DNA of 64,000 bases from Haplodiscus bocki (Eukaryota), in the NCBI GenBank assembly GCA_965655095.1, contig OZ296648.1, positions 54,002,001-54,066,000 of the forward strand, written 5' to 3'. Of the stretch, positions 52,090-64,000 are shown in pieces. Made by a program: the position numbers and the translations under genes. The notes below the pieces were generated by a model. It was not told the DNA's origin and did not search any database. It saw only the letters and a list, made by a program, of their open reading frames with translations. Numbering within the stretch: the stretch's first letter is position 1; every line of letters starts with the position of its first letter.

Positions 52090-55000
52090 TTCGAAGATGA
52101 TGGTTCCAAAACTCTCCAAGGTTGACTGTCAATTGTGTTTAAAATTTTTTTTGTCATCAAAACCACATAAACCTTTTTTTAATGGATCAATCAAACATTT
52201 CGTGAAGATTACTTTCCGCAGTACGTTTTTTGATATCTTTTACGTTTTTTTGTGAGTACGGTATTTGAACAACCTTTACAGTTTTGAAAAAATATGTTTA
52301 TTAACGCAGTTTTCTAACATACTTCATGTTTTTTACATTCTTCTCCATTGTTATGTATGTGAACATATGTTTTTGATCTTAGTGTACGAAATTCCTCTAA
52401 GTCAAATGACTCTGGGGTTTTTCTTTTGAAAAAACCACAAGCTTTCTTTTTGGTTGTGTCGCCTAATTCAGTGTACTTCTTTAAATTACTAAAATTGAAA
52501 AGTTTTTTTCGTAAACTTTTTGGTCTTCAACTGAATCATCTGTCTCAAAATTTATTAAAAGTGAGTCCGTTTCTATATATTGCTTTTATACATTATGATC
52601 TCCCGAATCAGATTGCAATTTCTCTTAAAAAGTATTATAGTTAATTAAGTATGAACTTTCTAAATTTTCAACTCTTATGAGTATTGGCCTGTCAATTGTA
52701 TTTCCTGCTTCATCACGAGGGAACATTTAACAGGATCACTTTTGTTTTCTTTATAATGTTGTTGATAGTTACTTTAATTCATATGAGATTGTTTTTTAAC
52801 ACATTCGCCAAAAAACCTTGCCGGTACTATTCTTTTTTCTGGCGTCTTCTCTCACGTTTATGTTCTTTCCGTTTCACAAGAAGATTGATCTTCAAACTTT
52901 TGCACAAATTTTTCTTCATTTTTTTCTCAGCTGTAGCGCAGACTTCCAATCAAAATAATTTTTTTTGCCATTTGTTGTGGTTAAATTTCATAACTCTCTT
53001 TTCTAATTTTCAACCTCATTCTAATTGATAAATTGAGATTTATCTACTGTGTTTATTAATTTTTTTTTCATCATATTAATTACCTATCTATTTCCTTAGA
53101 AGTTCAAGGGGCAAAATTTTCCTCATAAAATCAGTGGAAAGGACTTCGTCAACTTTTTACAACTTTTTAACTTCTGACACTATTGGAAACTATCGTCTTC
53201 TATTTTTATGTCATCTATATAGTCTATGTCAGTGTCTACAAGCTAGCCAGTTTCCTTGTCGACGCCAGTTTTAAGCATAGTTTCCAAAGATGTGTTCACA
53301 TAGTCCTAGCCAACGTAGGGGAAAGATAGAATCAACGCCCACTTATATACTTCATCTGCTTCCATGTATAACAACACTCCCTTCTTATATATTTTTTTAT
53401 CATAACAGATTCCGAAAACACCAGAAACACTGCTTTTAATATGTTTTTCCACTGGTAAAAAAAACTTCGTCCTTCGAAAAATCTATTCGTGTTAATTATA
53501 CATACAGGGTATGCCTACGTATAACCAGAGGTTGATACTAAATTTAATGGATTTAGGCGATAAGTTTCACGTCAGTTTTTTACATGTTTGCGAAAAAGAT
53601 CTGTTAATTAAAGTTCATCTGTCATATTAATAACTTTGTTGATTCTACCCGTTTTGAGATTGATTTTTAAAATGATTTTGATCGCAATTTCTGGTTCTCG
53701 GGAATAAACTGACGAAATCGAATATGATGAATATGATTTTTTTTCTGAGATTTTTTGAAGGTTTGTCATAGTCACTGTTTTTGAAAGTTTCATAAGAGTA
53801 AGCCATGTTTTTCCTGAAAAGTTTGCGACGATCTTCAGATACTTTTCGTGTTTTTGAAAAAATCTTCAATTTTCGAAGATTTCACCAGTGTATCGAAACT
53901 GACATTCATTGGACTCAACGAAACAATGAACTTTACACAACCACTAGTAATTGAAAGATTTTTTCTTCAGTTTTAGGGATAAAACCAAATTTAAGTGTAA
54001 TGTTTTTCTGTTCAGTTGATTCGGTGACAAACGAAACAGTGTCATCGTTTTTCATGTTTTGGAAAACAGAAGGTTGAAAATTTCATTGTCTGGTGCTTAG
54101 GTTACATATTACACAAGCTGTTCTTCTTTATTTTCTGTTTTTATGGCAATGGCCTGGGAGTTTTTTATCGTCATACTCTATCACAAGAAATCTACTTTCA
54201 CTTTCCTCTAAACTTTTGGATCTCAGCGTCAATATACGTTTCAGTACAATTAAATGTTCCTTCACATATGCAACCTTTTTCTCCGTTATTGAAGTTTTTT
54301 TCGTCTTTTTCAGTCTATATTGTTTTTAGGTTTTTTTGGATGTTTCCCTCATTTTTTTGCAAACCTTCTTTAAGTTTTACAAATGGTTTCACTTAATTTT
54401 CTGCAATTTAATGTTCCACACCAGATTTTGAAAGACAATCTAACTCGGAAAAGACTGCCAATCACCAACTGACAGGCGTTTGTTCCTAAATACTTTGTTT
54501 GCGAATATCTGTATCTTAGATAACTTTGTTCTTACATTCAATGTCAGCAACAGCTAAAAATCGTAGAGAAAGTTTTTGATGAATGCCTTTAAAATCAATT
54601 TTTTTTCGTGAATTTCTCCCTCTACAAGTTGATAAAATATTCATTTGTTTTGGTGATCTAATAATGTCTTTTTTTGTTGTTGAGGTAAGTAAACAGTTTT
54701 CACATAACTCTGTTCAATATTATGTTTCTATGAAAGTGTATAAAATTTTTATCATAAAATGATGACTTTTATGATGTAGTGTATCTTTAACTCTCCTTTG
54801 GGGATTGTTCTTGTTTTTTTATTTGTATAATCGTAGACATTTAGGGGCTATGTTTGTTTTTTGGCTAATTCAAGGATGCATATTGATAATGGTTTTTTCT
54901 TCTAAGTTGGGGATGTCTTATTTGTTTTCAACCCGTCGGTGATATCTAAATCAAGCGTTTCTGCAAGATGGGTTAAATGATTACTCATACCTGGTAACTA

Positions 55001-55860
55001 AAAGTTTTTGTTTCGCACGATGTAACTGGGCTAAAATACACCAAAATGCGCAATAAGTATCTTCAATGTTCTTTTTAATTAGGATTGATTTATCGTTTAT
55101 AAGCAGTTTTTGTTAACTGGTACGTCCTTAGTCTGTTGTCTTCGAAAGTTAAATGTCCATGTTATACATTTTTGTACAACGCCACCCAAAGCCATTCGTT
55201 TCTCTACTTCTCACTACCGCTAAAATGGAAGTTGAAGAAGTATCTTATTTATAGAATCTGTGTTTGTGAATTTTTTGTTTCAGATTTACGTGTATACCGT
55301 CTCAACTTAAAAAAACGTTACCACTATGACAATCAAAAACGAAGAGGGCACAGAAAGATGTTTTTTCGTTAAAATTCGGTGTCCTACTCATGTTTGAGTA
55401 AGTTCTACATTTTTATTTAACTAACGGATATATACACCTTTTCCGGCAAAATATTCATTAGCTTTTATCCTAACAAAACCGTAAACAATTTAAAAACCAG
55501 GCAAACGGATCGTACTTCTGAAACAATAACGTTTTTGGTTTTCAATGAGGCTGAAGAGTTAATTGATATTCTTTGTTGTTTCTTCATTTTCAAATTTTTT
55601 GTTCCTACGGCGTCCAGAACTATTTTATTCTATGTATTTTACCTGTGGTATTTACTGTATTTGTGATTTCAACGTAGATTTTAAGAGCATCACAATGGTC
55701 ATATTTTGGGATTTTTGTCTTAAGCAAGATGGGCATTGGTATTTTAAGTTCGTTCTCTTCATACCAAATATAATAGGTTTCACAATTTTCGCAACAAATT
55801 CTAAGGCATTTTTCATTTCCATAGCAACAAGCAAGGGGCGTTACTGAAGAGCATGTCATT
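52090..55860 (-). pseudogene. Decayed Polinton/adintovirus-type protein-primed DNA polymerase B, copy 2
   Basis: Minus-strand motifs: DTYCAFWCILAQLH..DIPNLEEK (N-terminal region); FLAVADIEC; GHCHKNRK*RRTACVICNL; VKFIVSLSPMNVSFDTLVK; RKNMAYSYE; TDLFANM..ETYRLNP; LLYMEADEVYKWALILSFPY; GLCGFDDKK. Collinear with copy 1. Confidence 0.9.
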
Positions 55861-58800
55861 TACCATAAAAAATTTAATTTTTTTACATAATTTTATAAAT
55901 ATTTTTGAGGGGTATGGATTTATGTTTTTTTATTCTGTTGGCTTTTTATGTGTTGGAAGGTAAATATGAATTTTTTTATGGGTAATGATTCGCCCTTTAA
56001 TAACGCCCCTTGCTGACTGCAATGCAAATCAAAATATTACCTAAATTGGGTTCGTGACAAAAACAATACGAGCGTCGTGGGATACACCAAAAATTGTTTG
56101 ACTTGACCCAGTATTTATGACAGCGTTTTGGACACTACTCACCTGCAGGCTGATTTTGAAATTACAAGTGAATGTTTTCTCGATTCAATGAACAAATGAA
56201 GCTTTTGGGCCAAAGTGCAACAAGCATCCCAACAATTTCCAACAGTGCTTTTTTGACGCAACTAAAGCTATGGTTACCTGGGAGTTAGAAGCGGTTTTCG
56301 ATGAACACCGAATACAAATACATCTTTCGTTTCTCAATCAAACCAAACAATATTTGAAAAAATCTTATCACATATCATTACAGGCCCTACAAATTTTACA
56401 GGCCCGGACTAGTCGGAAAAACGATCGTTGCGCTCAATTCTTTTTTTCCAAGAGGAACAAGTTTCAGATGAATTGAAAGGAAATTGTTTGATTTTCAATT
56501 TCTCTAAAATATTATTGCGACGAGGAAGCAGAAAGTCAACCGTGAAAATTCTTACCTCTTCTGGGCTCCAACTTTTTTTTTATTTTTTTTTTGCGCTATA
56601 AATATCAATTTTCCAATCAAAGAGTCTCAAGGGGCTGCACAGGGAAAACTGGGGACGATCATGAAGTTACAAAATAAATATTAACTCTGAACCCCAGCAG
56701 GAGGTAATTCTTGCGACTCTGAAATGCCTCAAAGTAGTAGATATCCGAGCAATTTTCAGACCAGAGCTGATTGGACGCAATACATGGAGGTTTTTTTGAA
56801 AAACACCGTAGGAAACTATTTGAATCTTGCTTGATGTTCAGACTGCAAGTTGAGAATTTTCGTGAGAAAGCGGAAAACAAACCATCGCTCCTCCAATGAA
56901 AAACTACCGGCAGAGGGTAGTTGCAACAGCGCAGTTTCCACAGAATCCCATTACCACTCTCCAAACGAACGTGGCTAAAACAACTTTGAATTTGCCTTGT
57001 TGTTAACTTTCTTCCGCGTGAAAGTGCAAAGGAGACCATCCTTTATTCAGTAAATATTTTGGATTCATAGTAAAACCAAACCTGGATGGTTATTGGGCAA
57101 TTAGTCTTCGCGCTTCTCAACGAAGATGCGAATTAATCCTTTAGTTTTTGCGATGAAATTATATAACTTACCAGTCCAGCTCTTCAGCAGAGCGTACAGG
57201 TTTGGAGTAACAGAAACTGTTGAAAAAAAAACAATTGGTCTATTAGAAGATAGCAATAGAATATGAAAGCGAATCAAAGAAAATGGTGTAAAATTTCAAA
57301 ATCAGTTCTTAGTGTTCGTTACATTTGGTAGTTTTTCGTACCGGCACCAGCGAAAAAGCATTGCATACATGCAAGTAGTGGGAAACTAGGCCATATGAAA
57401 AATTATTTACAAATCAAAAGCACATGGACAAATTCGGTGCGACGGCTTTTTTGTCAGAAAATGCAATTTGCGGGCGCACGGAAAGAACGAGAGCCGTCCG
57501 TAATAAACTTCCCTTCGCTGAATCGCTCGTGCCATTATTTGCAAGTAAAACAGTGAACTCGGTTCCACTCCCTGTCAGTCACCCATTTATTTATGGACGC
57601 TAAAATTCTGCATAAATGCTGGTGGAAACTCCAGGGATAACTGTACGTTTGGTATTCCGAATTTTAGTGCCAAAGAAAAGCAAAACTATTCCAAGCAGCA
57701 CATCTACTCTCAACAAGCATTTGGAGCCTTGCAGATAGCCTATTCTGGCCATAATTGGGATGTTTTTCAGCAGGCTCCCTACTAAAGTAGTTTCAGCAAA
57801 GATGGCTTCTTGCTTATATGTTTCCGTGACTTAATGAATAGGACAAAATGGTTCCCAATCCATCATTGCGGGTCCGAATTCTAGCGAAACGAGTGTTTTA
57901 CATGTTTTCGGACAAACTGCTTTCACGTTTTGGCAATTTTCGACCTACCGGTTCATTTTTTGCAGCAAAAAATCCAAGTTCAAGAGCTAAAACTTTCCAA
58001 AGAATACCAGAAATAAACTTTCTGTGATACCTCGTATTAATAAACTCCAAAGTTGGCGATAAGGGACGTTTGAGAGCTACATGCACTGCTAAATTTGAGC
58101 ATTCTCTGATTGTTTCAATAACAATGTTCCGAAATCTTACCAAATCTTATTTCTGTGAAGAAAAACGAGGCAGGAACGCTGCATCGTGTTTTCATAATTC
58201 AAAATTATCACCTGCCAACTTCATGCAGTAGACTACTTTTTGAAAAACGATATTGAAATAGAATAAATTTTGGGCTGAAAAAAATAAACTGACAATACAT
58301 TAAATTATAAACAGAGAGAAAAGCTAGAAGACTATAGAAATAATTTGTAGACGATTGAGTAAAAACGTTAGTTTTCATAACTAAAATTTCAAAATTGCAG
58401 CATTTGATCCACCAAGAACCAAAAAATGACGCAATGTTCAAAGCCGAGTTGCCTTTTTGTCTCATTGGAAAATAAACTATACGAGGGGTTTTAGATATTT
58501 TGGCATACCACGTTCAGCTGAAATTGTTATTTTTCAGGCAAAAAATGGCAGCTCGAAAATTACCCATTGGTCAAGCACATATTTGGCAAGTTTGTTTGAG
58601 ATAAATGCTTTGGAAATTCCAGGGTCAATTTGCATGGCAACTAGATAGAGCTATTCTGACTGACAATCGCAGCAACTTTATGAGCAAAAACAATGCTTCA
58701 CTCGACAGTTGATGTATTTTAACTAGTAACTAGAAGTTTATCCGTATTTAAACTCTGATATCACATAACCAAAAGTACACTGTAAAATGGGCCTAGAGCG

Positions 58801-59899
58801 GTTTCTGTAGCTTGTATTTAACTGTTTGTGATTATTGAGTCCACTATCTCCATTTATGAAAATGCAAAACTCATTCAAGCTCCATGAAAATCTACATATA
58901 TGCAAATTATATAGATAAGTCTATTCGCCGCTGAAGTTTTTATGTCTGCAATTTATCTTTTTTGCCATTGTTCATCAGAAGGGCGGAGGCCCATAAGGGT
59001 AGTTCAGTTCCAGATTTATACCCAGCAGTGTATTTGGAGTTCGGACATTTACAGCAGGCAGGAATGAAATGCGAGAATAGATAAGCATGAAGATGAAAAG
59101 CATGAACAGAAAGTGAACAAATTTCAGGTTGGAATATGCCCGCAGCAAGCCTCGGACAATCCAATGTTGTGGGACCTTCTCAATTTCAGGCTCAACAGGA
59201 GTATGGTGCTTTTTAGCTGTCCCTTGCAACCTAAAACATCAATTATTTGAATGTGCTCTCGTTATTTTCCGTCGTAATATATCACGAAAAGAAAATCATT
59301 CCCATGTAGACTTTTTTCTCCCAGCGTTTGCCAATTCTAAGTTACTTTTTCAGGTAACTTCTCGCTTAGTTTCATCGTTTTCATTGCTCGCCTCTATAGC
59401 TTAGTAGTCAATGACAATGACAGTCAATCCCGGCGTTCGGTCACACGAAGGCCCGGATTTCGATCACCACTACGAGCACTTTTTTCCATTATTTTGCTAT
59501 TTTATCAACTTCCACCAAAAAATCAATCTGAAAACGACAGAACGTTTCATTTTCTGTTTTTGATATTTTTGGTTCCTTGAGAAAAAACGCTTCAAATTTG
59601 AACTTTTGGGCTATATTGAATAGTCTGACTCAGTTCCAGAACAAATCCAAAAAAATCAAAGAGCCGAAACTTTTTCAAAACTTCATAAGAAACTTGATTA
59701 TAATATGACTAAGCAATATGTTATTGGAAAAAAAGTTTCGAGAAAATTTGAAACTAAACTTCCAGCAACCATATCCTGGTCCTTTCCGGGTCGCACAAAA
59801 AAATGAAAAACAACTGCGGCAGGAACATCAACGATTCTTCTCTTCGATCAAAACAATTTTCCTGCAGAACTACCAGCAGGATTTCTCATATCAAATTCT

Positions 59900-62110
59900 C
59901 AGACGACAGTCACTTCAACTTGTACAAGGGCATTAAAAAGTTGAAACCTTGATATGGTTTTTTTGCAACGGAACGCTGCTAGGCCGAGAATGCCAAAAAG
60001 TGCCATTAGTTCGACTTTTTGATGATATTCAAATTCGCTTTGCCCCACAACTAACGGCTTGAATTCATGCAGCAGCACATCAATTGAGTATTTAATAATT
60101 GTAACAAGGAATTAACGTCGAAACTGCCCCATATGGTCATTCTTTTGCAATGCTGATAGGCCGAACAAGGTAACAAGTGCCATTAGTTTTGATTGTAATC
60201 GATTTCCAAATTGTTTTCCCAAAACTACTGGTTTGAGTTTTTCATTAAAGACCTCAACCCACAATATGCAAGTTCAAAACAGAAATCAAAAAAGAATTTA
60301 GGGCTTTGATCATTGGCTCAGATTTCTCATGGGCGGAAAAGGCCAAAATTTGTTATCAGGGTTTATTTTAGGCGATAATCAAATTCAGTTTTCGCCACGA
60401 CGACCGAGTGGATTATACCTATCAAGGTCCCAATCACCAGTCTGGTACTGGTAGAAGCCTTTCGACATGGTCTATCACCAATATTCCGTCTTCAATCGGA
60501 AGCCGGATGGACCGAAAATGCGAAAGCAAAAGTGGTATCAATTTTCCGCGGTATTCAAACTCATCATTTTCTAGACCTACCGGCTGCACTACATGCACCA
60601 AGGTCCCATCCAACTGTCTTCTACACTTAAAAGCATTTTTATTGAAAGAGTTGTCGACTTTGTGTCTTGACTCGGACTCCTGATGGACGACAGAACATGC
60701 CTAAAACTGGTATTAGTAATGAATTTGCACGATATTTAAATTCAATTTTCGCCTTAGCTACCGCCTGAATATCCAACAGGGCCCAAAAAACGATCTTCAA
60801 CTTTCTAAAAGTATTTTCATTTTGGAGCATTTTCATCGTCGTGGACTTTCCTCTTTTCCGCGATACTAAAATCTTTTCCGGTCCAATAAAACCGACTGGA
60901 TTACATCCATGAAGGTTCCAATGAATAGGATTCTAATGGTGATAGCCTTTGCAAATTACTTACCACCATGTTGACGTCTTCGATGAGGATCCCCATAGGT
61001 CCAAAATGCTAAAATTTGCTCTTATTGATTTTCCCCTTCAATTACCCAAATTTCACCCAAAATACTGGTTTACGTACAACTCTCATGGTGCCAATAAGCA
61101 GTTTACTTCTTGCTGAAGCTTTTGCGATTTTCCAATGAGGCAATCAGCGGTTTCAATTTTGCATCTGAAACCTGAAAGATCGAAAACCACAATTATAATT
61201 ACAAAGAAGCGAAGCTGTGCTACCGAAAACTAGTGCACAAATCGACTAAAGATAACTGATTTTTGTACGTACTACGATACAACGAAGACTACTATTACAA
61301 GTGCACAAAAACTCATGTTTTTTTTCACTTCATAATTTAAATAAAAACAACGATTCTCAAGCGGTAATGGCACAGTCAGTAGAGCAAACAACTGCGGCGC
61401 GAATGGTCCCAGTTGCAAGCCTCGACCACTCCATATTCTCCTTGGTAAAAACTTAGGAACTTGTGCGATTAGTGAACGGGTCGAAAAAGAATTCAGAAGC
61501 CTGCGTTACTAAACCTGCTTGCGTTAGTAGAATTATGAATTTTCGTAGTAATTCAACCTCAACGTTCACTAACATCAGTTGGATTTCATGCATCGAGGTC
61601 CCAATCATCAGCTTTTCACTCACAGAAGCACTTTCAATAGCATCGCCACCAATCGTGAATCGGAAGCATGGGAGGGCGAAAATGTCAAAAATTGATGTCG
61701 GAAGTGTTTTTCCAAGATAATCAAACTGAAATTTGTCCATAACTTCCGGTTGGATTACATCCATTAAACTCCCAATAAACAGTTTCATACTGGCAATAGC
61801 ATTTTCAATTAGTCTACCATCATTTTTGTCCTGCATTTGGGACGAAAGGTCCAAAAAGCGCAATTATTGTTGCTATTTCTATGTGTTCAAAACGATGTTC
61901 ACCGGAAACTACGGGCTTGATTTTTTCCATCAAAACGTCAATCTATTTGTAAGACAATTGAAACAGATGGCTGTCTCATATCGAGTTTCTGATAGGTCCA
62001 CAATACAAAAATTGTAGGTAGTCTTGATGTTCAGTCAAATCCAAATCCATTTTTCGACATTAATTACAGGGTCAGATTTCTTCCATCAAGGTCATTATTG
62101 ACAGCTGTTT
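59900..62110 (-). pseudogene. Disrupted gene made of about 11-12 divergent ~55-aa tandem repeats of unknown family
   Basis: Units such as LFIGSLMDVIQPEVMDKFQFDYLGK, LFIGTFMDVIQSVLLDRKRF*YRGK, GTLVHVVQPVGLENDEFEYRGK, LVIGTLIGIIHSVVVAKTEFDYR, IDVLLHEFKPLVVGQSEFEYHQK and IDVLMEKIKPVVSGEHRFEH recur every 140-180 nt, with stops and frameshifts. A probable intron lies at about 61175-61450 (TTTCAG acceptor). Confidence 0.75.
61362..61435 (+). repeat. Degenerate tRNA-like/SINE-head fragment
   Basis: A-box-like TGGCACAGTCAGTAGAGC and a degenerate B-box GTTGCAAGCC. Confidence 0.3.
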
Positions 62111-63494
62111 GTAAAAAGTAGCTAGATGATTAAAAATAAGTTGAGGGCCTAATAGCCCGAAGTGGCCAACAACTGCAATTCATGTTTTTGTTCCTTTGAA
62201 GCCGCGTTCCATCCAAAGTACTGGGTCCTTAGGCAAAATTATCTGATGTATTTTCGCTACAACGGCCCCACAACGACGAAAAGGATGCCAGCGTCGCTGC
62301 GCCTCCTGCTACAATGTGAGTGCATTATCTTTATTCTGTCAAGTGCCTATTTTGCTTTACGTGGCGACACTTCTAGTTGCCAAAAAATCGTAAAATTTCA
62401 ACAGAGGCGAGTATTTTCGGAACTTTTTCCACTGCCTGAAAATCTCAAAGTATACATTGAAAAAATGGTTTTTACCTTCCCGATTTCTCTGACTGTGCAA
62501 AGTTTTGGGTTTTCGCAAAATGTGGGCAGTGCGCCAAAATTTTTGGCATTGGCGTTTTCAAAAAATGAAGTTCGGGTATCTCGGATGTTTTAAAAGTTTC
62601 TTTTTCGAAAATTTTTGATGTGTATGCAAAGGAGATATCAAAAATGTTAGTCTGAAATTTTTCGTATCTCAGCCAAAAACCTTGTTGGAGAGAGGGGAAG
62701 GGCTCCGTTGTCACTGTGCAAAATTTGGGCCTCCTAAAGAAAATCTTTGGAGAAATTTGTATATTGTGTACTAGAATTGGATCGATTAGTAGACATAAAT
62801 AAAAGCGTCTTATAAAGTCACAGTAAAAGTCGGTCATCTTTTAGTCGGCTCTTTTAATAAAAAAAAGAGACCGACTATTACTTTTTTGTGAAACGCTTTA
62901 ATGTCTTCGAATCGATCCAGTTTTAGTAAACAATACAGGAATTTCTCGAAAAACTAGAAAAGCTTTCCTAAGGAGCATATATTTTGCAGGGTGACAAAAA
63001 GGCGCCCTCTGCGAAGTTTTCCGTACTGTGACACAAAATTTCCCGACTGAAAGATCCCACTTTCCTCAATTAGTAGGCGCTGTAAAAACTTTGAATAAAA
63101 GATCAAGATCACAAATCTCAAACTTATCAAACTTGGAAGACTTCCGTGCCATTAGTAGTTTGAACCTTACAGTCGGCGCTGACGTGCGCCGATGCCGGCT
63201 TTTTTTCTAAAATTGAGAGCAAAAACAACCTCTGATAAATTATTGCTTTTAAGTTTCACATTTGTACAAGATTCCTCCTCATGAACGCCCAAAAAACATG
63301 AGTAAATTCTTTTGGGTGAAGAAAAAGTATGGCGCCTTAAGGCTCATCCCTAACAGAATTAATTGTGAACATTTCCAATTTTAGCGAGTAGTTATGATGG
63401 AAACTTTAGCATTTCAAGGAAAAAGAACATTTAGGTTAAGAATACAAAGAGAAAGTATCAGAGAAAGATCTAAACTAATAGGAAATTTAATTAC

Positions 63495-64000
63495 CAAGGA
63501 CAGTCACGAGTAACTGGCACCAACAGAGAGGTTTCCAATAATTCAAACATGAGCCCATCAATCTTCTTCAACGTTTCGAACGGCCAATCTTCAATCGATG
63601 CTAAAACTCTTTCGACACTGCATGACTGCAGCTGCTCAAACGGTACTAAAATTTCAGACAAATCAACATTTTGAGGATCTGCAGATGTCAAATCCTGATG
63701 ACTGTTTTGTGTAGAAGGACCTGCAAGGCCAGCTTGCATATTCGAGGTGATGTTTAAAGGCTCAATGATTGGAGCTGATTCTCTTGAGGGCACTGGCGGA
63801 TCCCTTAAAGATTGGCAAGAATTAGCAGCACCATCTAAACCCAACTTTTGTTGGGCAAGCCCAGGTAGAGGTTCATGAGTGTTGTTATTGTCATCGTTCA
63901 ATGGAAGCTGATTTTGGCTCTTGTCATTTGCGTTTCCTGTTTGATTTTGGGGATTCGCACTAGCAGCCGCGCTTGACGACGAATAGACGGATAATAACCT
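63495..64000 (-). CDS. Open exon of an unknown gene (Ser/Asn/Gln/Pro-rich, followed by a helical-looking segment)
   Basis: About 168 open codons from the window edge (SSSSAAASANPQNQ...SVERVLASIEDWPFETLKKIDGLMFELL), higher GC than the flanks, ending at a TG|GTAATT donor. Confidence 0.6.

Noticed and set aside
1-64000. Prokaryotic operon, CRISPR array or defence system
   Set aside because: Spliced gene structure, low coding density and eukaryotic transposons; no repeat-spacer array. The short repeats at 1046-1159 and 5990-6975 have no unique spacers.

Overview
AT-rich, intron- and transposon-rich eukaryotic (most likely invertebrate animal) genomic DNA with a 200-N gap at 41702-41901. (1) 14290-35727 (+): nine phase-compatible exons of a highly divergent Eph-type receptor: ligand-binding domain, Cys-rich region, two FN3, TM, an unusually long Tyr-rich juxtamembrane region, and a kinase N-lobe lacking the VAIK lysine and the alphaC glutamate (likely pseudokinase). 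The signal-peptide exon and the C-lobe/SAM exons were not found. (2) About 42250-56090: a decayed, nearly palindromic array of about 6-kb elements. Each encodes a Polinton/adintovirus-type protein-primed PolB plus a few small unrecognised ORFs in a convergent layout, with a tail-to-tail junction near 49.7 kb and a head-to-head junction near 55.9 kb. No integrase, capsid or packaging ATPase was recognisable. (3) About 59900-62110 (-): a disrupted array of about 11-12 divergent ~55-aa repeats that I do not recognise, with an open low-complexity exon at 63495-64000. Introns and flanks hold Helentron/HINE-like elements, Merlin-like, Mutator-like and Tc1/pogo-like MITEs, an LTR-like segment and tRNA-like fragments. 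Most entries in the ORF track are spurious. All homology calls are by eye from remembered family motifs; no searches were run.
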